Part shown: positions 19,044 through 27,155 of the stretch, in pieces
How positions within the stretch are numbered: position 1 is the stretch's first letter
How the letters are laid out: each line of letters begins with the position of its first letter
Source of the DNA: Flavobacteriaceae bacterium
GTDB taxonomy: Bacteria > Bacteroidota > Bacteroidia > Flavobacteriales > Flavobacteriaceae
Length of the DNA: 54,909 bases
Direction: 5' to 3'
Assembly: GCA_020627885.1 (NCBI GenBank)
Contig: JAHDGB010000001.1
Location: 1-54,909 of the forward strand
Position numbers and translations under genes: made by a program
The notes under the pieces: generated by a model
The model's database searches: none
The model's input: only the letters and a program-made list of their open reading frames with translations
What the model was told of the DNA's origin: nothing

Positions 19044-20534
19044 TTATCTTAAAACCAACTTTTTTGTTACTCTATCATTTATTTTCACCAAGTATATCCC
19101 TTTAGAACGGTTATTCATTGGTAAAATGTAAATACTTTTATTTATATTATCTTTTTTGAAAACACTCTGTCCTAAAACATTATACACTTCAACAGATTCA
19201 ACTTGACTGCTATTTCCTGAAACTTTTATTATAGCGTTAGAAGAGGTAGGATTAGGAGATAATGTAAATTTTTGATCAAAATTAAAGTCATCCGTACTTA
19301 ATGTATTACTCTTTCTAACGACGAAAAGACCTCTTTCCGTATCACTTAATATGATATTACCACTCTTAAAGTATGGGTAATTACTCCAAAGACCGCCATT
19401 AGGACTATTATTATTTGCTGGATATGTATCGAAAAAACCTATTTCCGTCATTTGATCTGAATTCGCTGCTATGTTTGTTATATCTATAACACGTAAACCT
19501 GCTCTATAATTTGACAAATAGAACGTATTCCCTTTAACATAACCGTTGTGATCTGATGCCGTTGTTGGGCCATCATATATGAATGCTACTTTTGGGCTAT
19601 CTAAATCTTCAAGATCAAAAACGATTGTTCTTGTATTTCCCCCAGAAGTGGGTCCATTAAATTCGTCAGTCTCATCACCAAGTATAAAGAAACGTTGGTC
19701 TTCCGTAAACCAACCTTGGTGTGTATAACTTACGTTTGCATAATCTAGTGCGCTAATTTTAGTTACATTATTCTTATCCGTAACATCGGCAACAACTATT
19801 TCATCTTCATTACTTCCAATATATATTTCTTTACCTTTATAGTTTCCATCTGGTCCGTTATATGTAACCACCTGAGCATCATGAGAATACCCTCCTTCAG
19901 AAAATCCTCCAATTCTTGATGGGTTTAAAGGATCTGAAATATCTACAAAAACGGGACCGCCATCAAAATTTTCAGGAGACCTTCCGCAACCAACCAAGTA
20001 TGCTACAGCCTCACTTTCATTAATGACTATATTATGACAGCTTCCTAAACCGTCTTTTAATGTTGCATCCGCAGTGAACACAGTATATGTCGTAACACCT
20101 CTTAATCGCTTTAAATCAAAAACTTGCATCCCATGATCTCCTACATTATCAGCAACAATAAAAGCATGATTATTATACGTTTTTACGTCTCTCCATACTT
20201 GAGAACCAGCAGCGGTATCTAACCGACCTAACTTTATAGGGTTTACTGGGTCTGTAACATCTACAAAAGCTGTAGCATTATTTAAACCTACTATAGCGTA
20301 TTCTTTATTTGTATCCGGGTCTGTCCATCCCCAGATATCATTAACGAAATTAGTAGAACTGTTTCCTAATTCACCTCTAGGAATTCTAGACATTAAGTCG
20401 TAATCATTACATGGGTAGTCCCCTGCCATACCATTATCACATGGTACAATTTGAGCATTTATATTAGCCTGGAAAAACAAGCAAAAAGCAATTAAAGAAA
20501 TGTAATTTTTCATCATATCATTATTTTTTAGCAC
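19044..20534 (-). CDS. Choice-of-anchor-B / LVIVD-repeat propeller protein. This is the T9SS-secreted form, with a C-terminal Por sorting domain.
   Basis: 496 aa and a paralog of the downstream gene (CDNGMAGDYPCNDYDLMSRIP...DIWGWTD...HGMQVFDL...). The C-terminus, LSPNPTSSNAIIKVS...VEVYNVLGQSVFKK...GIYLVKINDRVTKKLVLR, looks like a T9SS type-A CTD. The true start is probably MMKNY/MKNY a few codons in. Confidence 0.7.
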   Translation of the reverse strand: MLKNNDMMKNYISLIAFCLFFQANINAQIVPCDNGMAGDYPCNDYDLMSRIPRGELGNSSTNFVNDIWGWTDPDTNKEYAIVGLNNATAFVDVTDPVNPIKLGRLDTAAGSQVWRDVKTYNNHAFIVADNVGDHGMQVFDLKRLRGVTTYTVFTADATLKDGLGSCHNIVINESEAVAYLVGCGRSPENFDGGPVFVDISDPLNPSRIGGFSEGGYSHDAQVVTYNGPDGNYKGKEIYIGSNEDEIVVADVTDKNNVTKISALDYANVSYTHQGWFTEDQRFFILGDETDEFNGPTSGGNTRTIVFDLEDLDSPKVAFIYDGPTTASDHNGYVKGNTFYLSNYRAGLRVIDITNIAANSDQMTEIGFFDTYPANNNSPNGGLWSNYPYFKSGNIILSDTERGLFVVRKSNTLSTDDFNFDQKFTLSPNPTSSNAIIKVSGNSSQVESVEVYNVLGQSVFKKDNINKSIYILPMNNRSKGIYLVKINDRVTKKLVLR

Positions 20535-20890
20535 ATGGTTATAATTACGAAATTAGAAGAAAAATCAACATAAATGTGTAATTTTTGTTAAAAATCATTT
20601 TTTTTCTATGAAATAACGCAATATCAAGACAAAATACTCATAAAAAAAACATTTTTCTCATTTCCAAAACCAAATCACTCTTAATATCCTAATATATAGA
20701 CAGAATATTTAGTTAAAAATTTTATTAATCAACAACTTACTGTTTTTTTAATAAACAATCCTATTAAACAATTATAACTACAACATAATATATGCAAGTG
20801 TCATCAAGTTTAAACTCTACTCAACCATAAAAATTACTAATAAATAATTTAATTCATGCATATTAACTCAAGTTTTCGTTGAAAGGTTAT

Positions 20891-20898
20891 TATTTTTG
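20891..20898 (+). promoter_or_regulatory. Perfect TAnnTTTG box (TATTTTTG) only 5 nt before the thiL ATG, which suggests a possible leaderless transcript
   Basis: Sequence match only. The spacing would put the transcription start at or next to ATG 20903. Confidence 0.25.
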
Positions 20899-20902
20899 CA
20901 AT

Positions 20903-21955
20903 ATGATAGAAGATAAAAACCAAAATCGCACCTCTTTAAATGAAATAGGGGAATTTAAACTAATTGAACTCCTTACTCGGAATTTTAAAATAAAGCATAA
21001 ATCTACAATAAAAGGCATTGGGGACGATGCTGCTGTTATAGACCCAGATCAAAAACAAATTGTTATTACCACAGATCTCTTAGTGGAAGGCGTACATTTT
21101 GATTTAAGCTACGTTCCATTGAAACACCTTGGTTATAAATCTGTAATTGTGAACCTATCTGATGTTTATGCTATGAATGCAGAAGCGACTCAAATTACAA
21201 TATCTATTGCTGTTTCTAACCGATTTCCATTAGAAGCTTTAGAAGAATTGTATGCTGGGGTAGAAACTGCCGCTAAAATATATAATGTTGATGTTGTTGG
21301 TGGAGACACGACTTCATCAAATTCTGGTTTATTAATTTCTATTACTGCTATTGGAGTTATAAATAAAGGAGAGGAAATCTATCGAAATGGAGCAAAACCT
21401 AACGATCTATTAGTTGTAACTGGTGACTTAGGAGGTGCATATATGGGGCTTCAAATATTAGAACGTGAAAAAGAAGTGTTTAAAGTAAACCCTAATAACC
21501 AACCTGATTTAGATGGCTATACCTACATAATAGAACGACAATTAAAACCAGAGGCAAGAAAAGATATTATAAAACTACTTAAAGATTTAGGGGTCAAACC
21601 AACTGCAATGATTGACATAAGTGATGGGTTATCTTCAGAGATACTACACCTTTGTATGCATAGTAAGGTAGGGTGTGATATATATGAAAATAAAATCCCA
21701 CTAGATCCTCAAGTTATATCTACTTGCGAAGAGTTTAAAATTGATAGTACAACAATAGCTCTTAACGGTGGGGAAGATTATGAATTATTAATGACAATCT
21801 CTCAAGAAGATTTTCCAAAAATAAAAGCAAATCCTAATTTAACAATTATTGGTCACATAACAGAAGAAAATGCAGGAGCAAACTTAATTACAAGAGCTGA
21901 AACTAAAATACCACTACAAGCACAAGGTTGGAAAAATTTCAATAACTCTAATTAA
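20903..21955 (+). CDS. thiL: Thiamine-monophosphate kinase ThiL
   Basis: AIR-synthase-like fold motifs IGDDAAVI and GGDTT, with a typical N-terminus LNEIGEFKLIE. I use ATG 20903 (MIEDK...) because the track's 20879 start is a TTG extension. Confidence 0.85.
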   Translation: MIEDKNQNRTSLNEIGEFKLIELLTRNFKIKHKSTIKGIGDDAAVIDPDQKQIVITTDLLVEGVHFDLSYVPLKHLGYKSVIVNLSDVYAMNAEATQITISIAVSNRFPLEALEELYAGVETAAKIYNVDVVGGDTTSSNSGLLISITAIGVINKGEEIYRNGAKPNDLLVVTGDLGGAYMGLQILEREKEVFKVNPNNQPDLDGYTYIIERQLKPEARKDIIKLLKDLGVKPTAMIDISDGLSSEILHLCMHSKVGCDIYENKIPLDPQVISTCEEFKIDSTTIALNGGEDYELLMTISQEDFPKIKANPNLTIIGHITEENAGANLITRAETKIPLQAQGWKNFNNSN

Positions 21956-22230
21956 GAAGTCATTCTATATACTGTAGGAGAAATGACTTCTCTACTTAAC
22001 CTTGTTATTTTCTTTTTATGAATACTTAATAAAATTTCATTTATCTCTCTATATTTAGGAGACAATTCTATTAAGCTACCGTTACCATTAGTAGTTAACT
22101 CATGATTACAATTTGAACAAGCGTATTCTTTTACATGATGAGTAATTTTCTTTGATACCAAATAATTATGGCCAAACATTACACAATAAAGTTTAGAAAG
22201 TAAGGTAGGTTTTTGATTAACAGTTTTCAT
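21952..22230 (-). CDS. Small hypothetical protein with a C-x4-H...C-x2-C zinc-ribbon-like pattern
   Basis: 92 aa containing KLYCVMFGHNY...YACSNCNHE. Its stop overlaps the thiL stop in the tetranucleotide TTAA (21952-21955). Confidence 0.4.
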   Translation of the reverse strand: MKTVNQKPTLLSKLYCVMFGHNYLVSKKITHHVKEYACSNCNHELTTNGNGSLIELSPKYREINEILLSIHKKKITRLSREVISPTVYRMTS

Positions 22231-22299
22231 ACATTAAGTAGGTTTTAGGAGTTTACACACCGTAAATCTAATTAAAAATATCTTATTATCGATTAAAAG

Positions 22300-23079
22300 T
22301 TATATTTTTTCGACGAAATGCATTATGTTTTTTAATATTTCCTCTTTATTCTCAATATGACTCATATGTCCATCGGGTAAAATTACTAATTCGACATTAG
22401 TTTCTTTAACTTCACTTAACATATCATTATAACTTAAAACAGGATCGTTTTTTCCTACTATTATCATTTTTTTATATGGCGAAAAATGCAATAACACCTC
22501 TCTGTCTTCTCTCATTTTCATTCCCTCTTGTGCAGCAATATATCCTTGTAAAGGCGTTTTCAATGCTTCTTCTATAGCCTGATTAATCTCTTCTTTATAC
22601 AATATTCTATTTTTTGGTCTAAACAAATTACTTATAGAAAGCCTCACTACATTAGCATAATTAATCTTTACTGCATTAATTGCCCTATTTCTTATAAGGA
22701 TTCTATTAGCTGTATCTGCTCTAGTCGTAGAATTCATTAGGCATAACCCTTTCAATGCGTCTGGCTGTTTTTCGGCAAAAGCTAAAGCAACATACCCTCC
22801 TAAAGAATGCCCTACAAATATTGACCGTTTTACCCTCAAGTGCTTTAACACCATTCCCACAGCATTAGCCATCTCTTCCATAGTATGAACATAACCTGTA
22901 CAGCCCGTATTACCATGTCCTAATAAATCTATGCAAATAACCCTATTTTTTTTGGCGAGTTTTGGGGATATTTTTTTCCACATTGAACTATTTTCAAGAA
23001 AACCGTGCAACAATACTATTGAACGACCTTTTCCTATATCTGAATAAAAAACTGAAATGCCTTTGTAATTTAAAATCAT
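22300..23079 (-). CDS. Alpha/beta-fold hydrolase
   Basis: 259 aa with oxyanion context VLLHGF and nucleophile elbow GHSLGG. A His lies in the C-terminal DGHMSH. Confidence 0.8.
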   Translation of the reverse strand: MILNYKGISVFYSDIGKGRSIVLLHGFLENSSMWKKISPKLAKKNRVICIDLLGHGNTGCTGYVHTMEEMANAVGMVLKHLRVKRSIFVGHSLGGYVALAFAEKQPDALKGLCLMNSTTRADTANRILIRNRAINAVKINYANVVRLSISNLFRPKNRILYKEEINQAIEEALKTPLQGYIAAQEGMKMREDREVLLHFSPYKKMIIVGKNDPVLSYNDMLSEVKETNVELVILPDGHMSHIENKEEILKNIMHFVEKI

Positions 23080-23098
23080 TTTTTAAACTATATTTAGG

Positions 23099-23106
23099 CA
23101 AATATA
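23099..23106 (-). promoter_or_regulatory. Bacteroidota-type -7 promoter box (TATATTTG on the minus strand)
   Basis: Perfect TAnnTTTG match 20 nt upstream of ATG 23079. Confidence 0.4.
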
Positions 23107-23161
23107 AAAAGAGTTACATCTGGTATTTAAACTTAGTTTCTATTTTTATAAAAATCGAAAA

Positions 23162-24445
23162 ATGAATAAAACCAAAGACGCCTTTATTATAGGCTTTGCA
23201 TTATTTTCCTTATTTTTTGGAGCAGGGAATTTGATTTTACCTCCTTTTATTGGATCTCAAGCTGGATCAGATTGGCTTTATACGGCCATTGGTTTTGCTA
23301 TTACTGCAGTAATTATACCTATATTAGGAATTTTTGCTCACGCAAATATACAAGGGACAATGTTTGATTTTGGAAAAAAAGTATCCCCTGCTTTTAGTTT
23401 GGTTTATTGTTTTATAGTTTATTCTATCTCAGTTACCTTACCAGCGCCAAGAACCGCTTCAGTGACACATGAAATGGCTATAGCTCCTTTTTTTGAATCT
23501 ACCCCCTTATTATCTAGTACCATTTATTTTCTGTTGGTTTTTTTATTTGTTATTAATCGTGCAAAAGTCATAAATTTAATAGGTAAACTTTTTACTCCAT
23601 TAATAGTAATCATACTTTTAAGTATCATAGGCATAGGTATTTTCTCATCACCAGATGTTATTAACCCTTCTACATTTAAAACCCCTTTAATCAGCGGCTT
23701 ACTAGAGGGCTACCAAACCTTTGACGCTATAGGGGCCATAGTAGTAGGAGGGGTAGTTATAATTTCAATTAAAATAAAAGGAGAAAACTCTTTTGATGAA
23801 AGCCGAAAACTTATAATAAAATCAGGGATTATTGCGGGAAGTTTTCTACTAATTATTTATGCTGGACTAATTTTAACAAGCGCTTTAAACAATTCAACTT
23901 TCGGTCCCGATGCAACTAGGACTGAAATATTAACTGCATTAAGCACTAAAACTTTAGGTGAAATAGGCACTACCTTTTTAAGTTTACTAGTATCACTTGC
24001 CTGTTTTACTACTGCAATTGGGATAATAACTGGGACTTCGGATTATATAAAGGGATTGTTTAATAATTCTCAATTAGCTTATACAATTGCTGCTATTATT
24101 AGCTGTATTATAGGTATAGCTGTTGGTCAATTTGATGTGCACTATATCATCTATATTGCCTTGCCTGTATTAATGTTTATATATCCGATAACCATTGTCC
24201 TAATATTACTTAATATATTACCACACAAATTAGCTTCAGACAAGGTTTTTAAAAGCGTTGTTTTTATTACATTCCTTTTTAGTATTCCAGATTTTATAAA
24301 ATTTATTATCCCATCTAAAAACATTGAAAGTATTATTAATTACATTCCCTTTGCAGAGCAAAATTTAGGGTGGTTACTTCCTGCTATTTTTGTATTTATC
24401 TTATTTAACATTAAAACATTTACAATCAATAAATCAGCATCTTAA
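23162..24445 (+). CDS. brnQ: Branched-chain amino acid transport system II carrier (LIVCS family)
   Basis: 427 aa and polytopic, with about 12 hydrophobic segments. The N-terminal signature is FIIGFALFSLFFGAGNLILPPFIG. Confidence 0.85.
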   Translation: MNKTKDAFIIGFALFSLFFGAGNLILPPFIGSQAGSDWLYTAIGFAITAVIIPILGIFAHANIQGTMFDFGKKVSPAFSLVYCFIVYSISVTLPAPRTASVTHEMAIAPFFESTPLLSSTIYFLLVFLFVINRAKVINLIGKLFTPLIVIILLSIIGIGIFSSPDVINPSTFKTPLISGLLEGYQTFDAIGAIVVGGVVIISIKIKGENSFDESRKLIIKSGIIAGSFLLIIYAGLILTSALNNSTFGPDATRTEILTALSTKTLGEIGTTFLSLLVSLACFTTAIGIITGTSDYIKGLFNNSQLAYTIAAIISCIIGIAVGQFDVHYIIYIALPVLMFIYPITIVLILLNILPHKLASDKVFKSVVFITFLFSIPDFIKFIIPSKNIESIINYIPFAEQNLGWLLPAIFVFILFNIKTFTINKSAS

Positions 24446-24564
24446 GCCTCTTATCACAAAAAAATAGATTACTCCCTAAAAAAACGTAACGCTAAATACT
24501 ATAATATAAAATTCAACAAATTATTATATCTTTAAATTTAAGATTTTAAACTCAACTTCATATT

Positions 24565-25020
24565 ATGAAAATTGAAGCCAATTCTCCTGAACAATATATA
24601 AGTAAGCTCCCGGAAGATAGAAAATTGCCAATCTCTAAATTAAGAAACACTATATTAAAACACATGCCTAAAGGATTAGAAGAAGGGATGAGTTATAATA
24701 TGCTAGGTTATTATGTCCCGCATAGTATATATCCAAATGGGTATCATTGCGATACAAAACTACCACTCCCTTTTATAAATTTGGCTTCGCAAAAAAACTT
24801 TATTGCGTTATACCATTCAGGAATTTATGCAAAAAAAGAACTTTATGATTGGTTTGTTAAAGAATATCCTAAATACTGTAAGTATAAAATAGATATGGGT
24901 AAAAGCTGCATTCGGTTTAAAAAAACTGATGATATTCCCTATAAATTAATTGCACAACTTTTAAGTAAAATGACCGTTGATGAATGGATAAACATCTATG
25001 AAAATTCGATAATAAAATAA
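24565..25020 (+). CDS. DUF1801 (YdhG-like) domain protein
   Basis: 151 aa. The pattern ...YISKLPEDRK..ISKLRNTILKHMP.......YNMLGY... is typical of the family as I recall it. Confidence 0.5.
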   Translation: MKIEANSPEQYISKLPEDRKLPISKLRNTILKHMPKGLEEGMSYNMLGYYVPHSIYPNGYHCDTKLPLPFINLASQKNFIALYHSGIYAKKELYDWFVKEYPKYCKYKIDMGKSCIRFKKTDDIPYKLIAQLLSKMTVDEWINIYENSIIK

Positions 25021-25201
25021 GGGCTTTAAACAATGTTTCTTTTTAGTGATCCCATAGCACCCAGGATTTACTTTATGTTTCATTTGTTTACAACCAATAC
25101 AAATAACTAAAATCAAATTAGTAATGCACAGGCTCACACCCTTTTATATCGTATTAAATCATAATTATTTAATAACACAAAAGCAATTAAGGCGCAAATA
25201 T

Positions 25202-25588
25202 ATGAAAAAAAGAGTAACAGGCATTGGTGGACTGTTTTTTAAAACAAAAAACCCTGAAAAAATTAAAAATTGGTATAATAAACACTTAGGACTAAATGTT
25301 GATAGCTACGGAAGTACTTTTTGGTGGAAAGATCATCAAGGCACAGACTGTTCTACGCAATGGTCTCCCTTTAAAGAAGACACGAACTATTTTGAACCAA
25401 GTCAAAAACAGTTCATGATTAATTATAGAGTTGAAAACTTATCTGAATTATTAAAAATTTTAAAAGAAGAAGGTGTAACTATAGTAGGAGAAATTGAAGA
25501 GTACAGTTACGGTAAGTTTGGATGGGTTATAGACCCCGAAGGGAATAAAATTGAATTATGGGAACCTATTGATAAAGCTTTCTTATAA
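25202..25588 (+). CDS. VOC (glyoxalase/bleomycin-resistance fold) family protein
   Basis: The sequence is MKKRVTGIGGLFFKTKNPEKIKNWY...GKFGWVIDPEGNKIELWEP. The start is taken at M27 of the track ORF (25124). Confidence 0.7.
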   Translation: MKKRVTGIGGLFFKTKNPEKIKNWYNKHLGLNVDSYGSTFWWKDHQGTDCSTQWSPFKEDTNYFEPSQKQFMINYRVENLSELLKILKEEGVTIVGEIEEYSYGKFGWVIDPEGNKIELWEPIDKAFL

Positions 25589-25642
25589 TTCAATTTATTT
25601 TTTCATTAACTTGTAAAACAATAATCTATTAAACTATTAGTA

Positions 25643-26128
25643 ATGTCTGACAAAAAAAACTTAAACGACGATCTTAACGACATGTTAGGGGATGCAAAAG
25701 ATGGCGCAAAAAAAGCTGCTGACAAAGCTGGCGAACTTGCCGATGAAGCCAAAGAAAAGGTTAGTGAGTTTGCAAATGAAGCCAAAGAAACTGCAGCTGA
25801 CTTAGCAAATGACGCTAAAGAAGCTGCCTCAGATTTTGCAGACAATGCAAAAGAGGCCTTTGGAAATGTAACCGGAGACAATAAAAAGGTATTAGCAGGA
25901 ATTCTTGCCATTATCCTTGGTCCATTAGGTGTTCATAAATTTATTTTAGGATATAACAAAGAAGGTATAATAATGCTAGTTGCTACTTTAATTCTTAGTT
26001 TTGTTACATGCGGAATTGGAGTGGGGATAACTGGTATCATTGGTTTAGTTGAAGGCATTATTTACCTAACAAAATCTGACGAAGAGTTTTACAACACTTA
26101 TCAAGCTGGTCAAAAAACCTGGTTTTAA
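25643..26128 (+). CDS. TM2-domain membrane protein with an N-terminal LEA-like 11-mer repeat region
   Basis: 161 aa. The C-terminal half GILAIILGPLGVHKFILGYNKEG...two TM helices matches the TM2 domain pattern. The N-terminal half is K/E/A/D-rich. Confidence 0.7.
   Translation: MSDKKNLNDDLNDMLGDAKDGAKKAADKAGELADEAKEKVSEFANEAKETAADLANDAKEAASDFADNAKEAFGNVTGDNKKVLAGILAIILGPLGVHKFILGYNKEGIIMLVATLILSFVTCGIGVGITGIIGLVEGIIYLTKSDEEFYNTYQAGQKTWF
25733..25864 (+). repeat. Four in-phase 33-bp (11-aa) tandem repeats inside the TM2 gene
   Basis: The repeats are ELADEAKEKVS / EFANEAKETAA / DLANDAKEAAS / DFADNAKEAFG, encoded by gaacttgccgatgaagccaaagaaaaggttagt and so on. Confidence 0.8.
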
Positions 26129-26165
26129 GGAAAAGATAAATAATTTGATTATTTATTTTAGAGTA

Positions 26166-26199
26166 AAAACTAAAATGAAAAATTCATTTTAGTTTTTTT
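26166..26199 (+). terminator. Rho-independent terminator after the TM2 gene
   Basis: Perfect 14-bp stem aaaactaaaatgaa (26166-26179) / ttcattttagtttt (26183-26196) with a 3-nt loop and a T-run to 26199. The stem is AT-rich. Confidence 0.45.
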
Positions 26200-26211
26200 A
26201 TTACTTATAAA

Positions 26212-26235
26212 AACGTGATATTGCAATATCACGTT
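26212..26235. promoter_or_regulatory. Perfect 12+12 inverted repeat, a putative ArsR operator
   Basis: AACGTGATATTG|CAATATCACGTT ends 13 nt before the arsR ATG (26249). It abuts a near-consensus -7 box, TAAATTTA, at 26235-26242. Confidence 0.5.
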
Positions 26236-26248
26236 AAATTTAATAATT

Positions 26249-26575
26249 ATGGGATTTACTAAAAAACATATTTTTAGCGATAATCAAAATCTTGTTGCAA
26301 GCTATAGTAAAGTATTAGGCCACCCAGCAAGGATTTCTATTATTCAACAAATAAGCGATAAAAAGCATTGCAATTGCAACCAATTAGTTAAATCAATTGG
26401 ATTGGCGCAACCTACTATTTCACAACATTTAGCAGAAATACGTAAAATTGGTCTTTTAAAACAAACTGTTAAGGGCAAAAATCTCTTTTATTCAATAAAT
26501 ACAGAAAAATTAAATGATTGTCGGCGAATTGTAAATGATTTTTTTGTTAAAACCCAAGTAAGTTGCAACAAATAA
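26249..26575 (+). CDS. arsR: ArsR/SmtB family metalloregulator
   Basis: 108 aa with HTH AQPTISQHLAEIRKIGLL. It is preceded by HCNCNQL, a CxC motif at the position of the ELCVCDL As(III) site of classical ArsR. Confidence 0.8.
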   Translation: MGFTKKHIFSDNQNLVASYSKVLGHPARISIIQQISDKKHCNCNQLVKSIGLAQPTISQHLAEIRKIGLLKQTVKGKNLFYSINTEKLNDCRRIVNDFFVKTQVSCNK

Positions 26576-26591
26576 AGAAACTTACGTAATT

Positions 26592-27083
26592 ATGCATACT
26601 ATTAAAACAAGATCTTTATTAAAAACCGATTGGGCTAGAGTTACTCAAATATATACTGAAGGTATTGAAACTCAAATTGCAACATTTGAAACAAATATAC
26701 CCACCTGGGAAAAATGGAATAATAAAAATGATCCAACATGTAGGTTAGTTGCTGAAATTAATAAACATATAGTAGGTTTCATTGCTATTTCAAAAATTTC
26801 AAACCGAAATGTATATAGTGGTGTTGCTGAAGTAAGTTTATATGTTTCTAAAGCTAATAGAGGTCAAAAGGTTGGTGAAACGTTATTGAATGAGTTAATC
26901 AGAGTTAGTGAAAAAAAAGGTTTTTGGACGCTACAAGCAAATATTTTTTCTCAAAATAAAGCAAGTATTAAATTGTTTGAAAAATGTGGGTTTCGAATTG
27001 TTGGTTTTCGTGAAAAAATTGGAAAACTAAACCAAAATTGGCATAATAATAACCTACTAGAAAGGAGAAGTAAATTAATATAA
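26592..27083 (+). CDS. GNAT N-acetyltransferase of the phosphinothricin-acetyltransferase (PAT/ArsN1-like) type
   Basis: 163 aa with PAT-family blocks IYTEGIETQIATFET...VAE......GFIAIS......VYSGVAEVSLYV....RGQKVGETLL..LI......GFWTLQANIFSQNKASIKLFEKCGFRIVG. It lies between arsR and arsC. Confidence 0.65.
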   Translation: MHTIKTRSLLKTDWARVTQIYTEGIETQIATFETNIPTWEKWNNKNDPTCRLVAEINKHIVGFIAISKISNRNVYSGVAEVSLYVSKANRGQKVGETLLNELIRVSEKKGFWTLQANIFSQNKASIKLFEKCGFRIVGFREKIGKLNQNWHNNNLLERRSKLI

Positions 27084-27155
27084 CCTTTTAATAATAGTCT
27101 TTAGTTTATTTTCTATTCTAAATATATCATTTTTGCATCATTAAAATAATTAGTT

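Noticed and set aside
20535-20902. Possible TPP riboswitch or small RNA in the 344-bp AT-rich region upstream of thiL
   Set aside because: I see no CUGAGA/ACCUGA-type TPP core, no GC-rich helices and no convincing hairpins. It looks like a plain divergent promoter region.
20879-20902. N-terminal extensions in the longest-ORF models. The affected genes are thiL (TTG 20879), the redoxin (TTG 41208), VOC (25124), the iscA-type carrier (14158) and sufS (9666).
   Set aside because: The extensions lack homology-like sequence, overlap upstream genes or promoter boxes, or precede an obvious signal peptide or canonical N-terminus. Internal ATG starts are preferred.
25606-25911. 101-aa minus-strand A/S/F-rich ORF
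   Set aside because: It is the antisense shadow of the K/E/A 11-mer repeat of the TM2 gene. Its composition (ASLASFAKSAA...) is the complement of the sense repeat, and it has no independent start context.
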